This document shows, one piece after another, positions 45,165 to 47,855 of a stretch of 47,855 nucleotides of DNA (its first letter is position 1; every line of letters begins with the position of its first letter). This DNA comes from Candidatus Wallbacteria bacterium GWC2_49_35. Its GTDB lineage: Bacteria > Muiribacteriota > UBA9980. Below the pieces are notes generated by a model. That model was given only the letters and a program-made list of their open reading frames with translations, made no database searches and was not told where the DNA came from. Location: contig MGFH01000153.1 in assembly GCA_001791795.1 (NCBI GenBank), positions 1 to 47,855 on the forward strand, in the 5' to 3' direction. A program made the position numbers and the translations under genes.

Positions 45165-47645
45165 TTACAGCGGCTCCTTTACCCAGTAAGTGAATTTTTT
45201 CGAAACGCTTACGAAAAAATCGTCCTCGGTTTTCATCTCATGAAAAAGCGGATCGTATTCTATGACCGTGTTTTTCGGGAAAGCGGCCAGATTGAGGTGG
45301 TCCGCCGCGAGATTGCCTTTTATCTTCAGGCTGTTCGCGCCGCCGGACCCCGAAGCGGGGCCGCTCACGAACGAAATGAGGTTTTTATCGGGATTATAGA
45401 ACGGATGCAGCGCGACGAGCGAAGCGTTTATTTCGAGATTGTCGCCGGTTATGGCGATGGTGCCCCAGCTCGAATAAAGGCAGAGCAGGTCGGTCGGGCC
45501 GGCCTTGGCGATGCGCGTGCCGATGTATATGTGACGCGGCAGCGGAACCATGCCCGAAGTGTCAGGCGCGACCGTTATGGTGCCGCAGCCTTTATAGACG
45601 AAAGGCGCCCCCATGAGATGAAGGTCGCTTTTGACGATAACGTTTCCGTGCAGATTCAAAAAATTCACGGTCGTTCCGCCTATGATAGCCTTCGAGACGC
45701 TCTTTTTAAAAAATTCAGTCTCGTTGTCGTATATGACGGCGTTTTTACTTGATATTACCGGCGTGAGCTCCTCGTAGCCGCGCGGCGGCGGAATGAGCGT
45801 CTGAACGGCCTCGGGCGCCGCGAGAGGCACTTTCACGGCCGCCGGCACGCCCATATTGTAGGGCCTGACAACGACCTCCGAGTTGTAGTCGATGTTAGAG
45901 CTGCCGGCCGCCGTCTGGAACGGTCTTCCAATGGTCTTTCCACCTTCCTCGCGAATGACGGTGGCGCCGGTTATGTATATCGCCGAAAGCTGCGCATCGG
46001 TGTACATGGTGTCTAAAAACAGCAGGAACGCCTTGAAATCGACCGCGGGAAGGTTTTTTTGCACGGTGTCCTTCGGAACTGTTTTAAACATGGCCGGTAT
46101 AACGAAATTGATGTTATAGGTCTTGCTGGCCGGCGCCGGCAGAACGATCTCCATCGCGAGCGTCGAAAGGCTGGAATACCTCTGCCAGACATTGCCTTCG
46201 ACCAGGCCGAACTGGCGCGCGCCGGGCGCGCCGAAAATGTCGATCCCTCGCCTTGCGGTGTCGGTGCTGTGATTGTAATGGATGAACGTCTTCCGGGCGA
46301 TCTTCGCGGACGAAGAAACATCGGTGGCGGGCGCGTCCTGGTCGTTGAGCTGGTCGCAATTTACCCATTTATAGGCGCTCGACGGCTTCATTACAGTGTC
46401 GGCGAAAAGGAGCATCGAGCCGAGATAATTCGACGTGTGCGCGCCGAAGACCCACTCTTCCTTTGCCAGCTCGTCGAGGTCGGACATGTTCTTAAGCGAC
46501 GTCTTCGGCTCGGCGTCGGCATTCGCCGGCTTGGATTTCGCGTAAGGCGCAGAGGTGTTCTTGCCGTATATATATTGCGGATTGAAGCCGCAGTTCTTCT
46601 TCTTGAATAAAAAGACGGTGTTATTGGTGAGTTCGGTCCACGCCGCATCGGTCAGCGGGTTGCTCGTGTCGTAAAACAGGCTGCGGTAAAGCGCCTCGAG
46701 CTCCTTCGCGGGCATCTTCGGATCGCTTCCGGCCTTGGTGGCCGATTTCGAGTTCGGGCCCCATATCTTGTTAACGGCGCCGGCGGCAGGCCATACTTCG
46801 TCCATCATGTCGGTGTCTTTATCGGAAAGGTTGATTATCATCTTTTTGTCCGAATCCATCGGGCCGCCGAAAAGCACCCGCCCCGCCGGCAGGCTGGCTT
46901 CCGGCTGCGAATTGATCTTAAGGTAGCGGTCTTTCGGGTTATATCCTTCGTGCGAGCCGGGAAGGCTTTTATACGCCGAAGGGTAGCCGGCGTTACCCGC
47001 CGACGAATATTCTCCCCAGGCGTCTTTTATGAACAGGGCGTAGTTATTCAGGAACGGGTTCCTGGCGTGAACCACTTTGAAGTCTCTGCGGGCCCTCAGC
47101 GATGCGCCCGTTTCCATGAATTCGGATATACATTTGAACTCGATCGAGCCGCACTTTTCAATATCGCGGAACGATTCGGCGTTTCCGCCCAGATCGTAAA
47201 ATTTATCGACGGCTGATAAAGTGGCCCTCAGTTCCTTTATTTTGGCGCCACGGTCCTTGAACTGCAGCAGCAGAGACTTCACGCCCGGAAGGTCGCGCAG
47301 GTCCTGCGTCAGTCCCTCCGAAGCGCCCACGCCCTTGCGCAGGCTGGAATACCAGAAGTTCTTGCCAGCGTTGTAATTCACGTCGTTCATTTCGTTGTTC
47401 ACGTGCAGAATAGCCAGCTGCATTGCCGCTTCGGCCAGGTTCATGGCGGAGCTTGCGAAGAATAGTTTGTGCGCCTGGCGCGAGCGCGTCTGGGCGTTGT
47501 AGATATGCTGGAAGGCGTAAAAAGCGACCAGGAAAAGCACTATCAAAACCAGCAGCAGTATCGAAAACCCGCGCCGGTTTTCAAAATATTGAAAAATACG
47601 GGACGGCAAGCCGCTTCTTTTGCCGCTGGTCTTTAAAATTTTCAT
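45165..47645 (-). CDS. Large PilX/GspK-like minor pilin or pseudopilin protein
   Basis: Basic leader, then RRG|FSILLLVLIVLFLV (class III signal, no Glu+5); AMNLAEAAMQLA motif; C-terminal beta-helix-like strands ending IEYDP. Promoter TTGAAA-N17-TAGAAT at 47771-47743. Confidence 0.65.
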   Translation of the reverse strand: MKILKTSGKRSGLPSRIFQYFENRRGFSILLLVLIVLFLVAFYAFQHIYNAQTRSRQAHKLFFASSAMNLAEAAMQLAILHVNNEMNDVNYNAGKNFWYSSLRKGVGASEGLTQDLRDLPGVKSLLLQFKDRGAKIKELRATLSAVDKFYDLGGNAESFRDIEKCGSIEFKCISEFMETGASLRARRDFKVVHARNPFLNNYALFIKDAWGEYSSAGNAGYPSAYKSLPGSHEGYNPKDRYLKINSQPEASLPAGRVLFGGPMDSDKKMIINLSDKDTDMMDEVWPAAGAVNKIWGPNSKSATKAGSDPKMPAKELEALYRSLFYDTSNPLTDAAWTELTNNTVFLFKKKNCGFNPQYIYGKNTSAPYAKSKPANADAEPKTSLKNMSDLDELAKEEWVFGAHTSNYLGSMLLFADTVMKPSSAYKWVNCDQLNDQDAPATDVSSSAKIARKTFIHYNHSTDTARRGIDIFGAPGARQFGLVEGNVWQRYSSLSTLAMEIVLPAPASKTYNINFVIPAMFKTVPKDTVQKNLPAVDFKAFLLFLDTMYTDAQLSAIYITGATVIREEGGKTIGRPFQTAAGSSNIDYNSEVVVRPYNMGVPAAVKVPLAAPEAVQTLIPPPRGYEELTPVISSKNAVIYDNETEFFKKSVSKAIIGGTTVNFLNLHGNVIVKSDLHLMGAPFVYKGCGTITVAPDTSGMVPLPRHIYIGTRIAKAGPTDLLCLYSSWGTIAITGDNLEINASLVALHPFYNPDKNLISFVSGPASGSGGANSLKIKGNLAADHLNLAAFPKNTVIEYDPLFHEMKTEDDFFVSVSKKFTYWVKEPL

Positions 47646-47855
47646 ATCGTTTACCGCCGTTTGTGAAGTTATTTTCGTTAGACGTTTTTCGTTATTATAA
47701 AATCATTTTATTTTTGGTTTATTCCTCGCGTTACCTTATTTAATTCTAACACAAACCCGGCAAGTTTTCAACAACATATAAATTTTGCCGATAAAATTTA
47801 TTCCGGATAAAAAAAAATCCCGCTGCGCGCTGCGCTGCGGAACGGTTTCCTGCTT

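Overview
Bacterial chromosomal window with GC-rich coding regions and AT-rich intergenic regions. Gene style loosely suggests a diderm candidate-phylum lineage such as Wallbacteria/Riflebacteria; this is a low-confidence impression only. The first 21.5 kb is a cell-surface locus. It holds the 3' end of a >1996-aa repeat-built surface protein, a 4726-aa secreted protein (7 FG-GAP blades, Fn3, about 25 diverged Ig-like repeats, duplicated C-terminal cassette) and an abutting lipoprotein that shares the giant's terminal domain. The middle is a signalling cluster: a single-domain response regulator, a hybrid GAF-PAS-GAF histidine kinase, a strongly promoted zinc-ribbon protein, a probable pseudokinase-FHA protein paired with a tail-anchored non-RD Ser/Thr kinase, and an RsbW-like kinase. 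The rest is mostly housekeeping and envelope genes: SPOR and FecR-like proteins, uppP, a KAP NTPase, a DHH phosphoesterase, pyruvoyl arginine decarboxylase, ligA, a parvulin PPIase, two small secreted paralogs, a TerB/TPR protein and a PilX-like protein. I saw no rRNA, tRNA, CRISPR array or mobile element. The best novelty candidates are the giant adhesin plus cognate lipoprotein and the pseudokinase-FHA/kinase pair. All domain calls come from reading motifs by eye; no searches were run.
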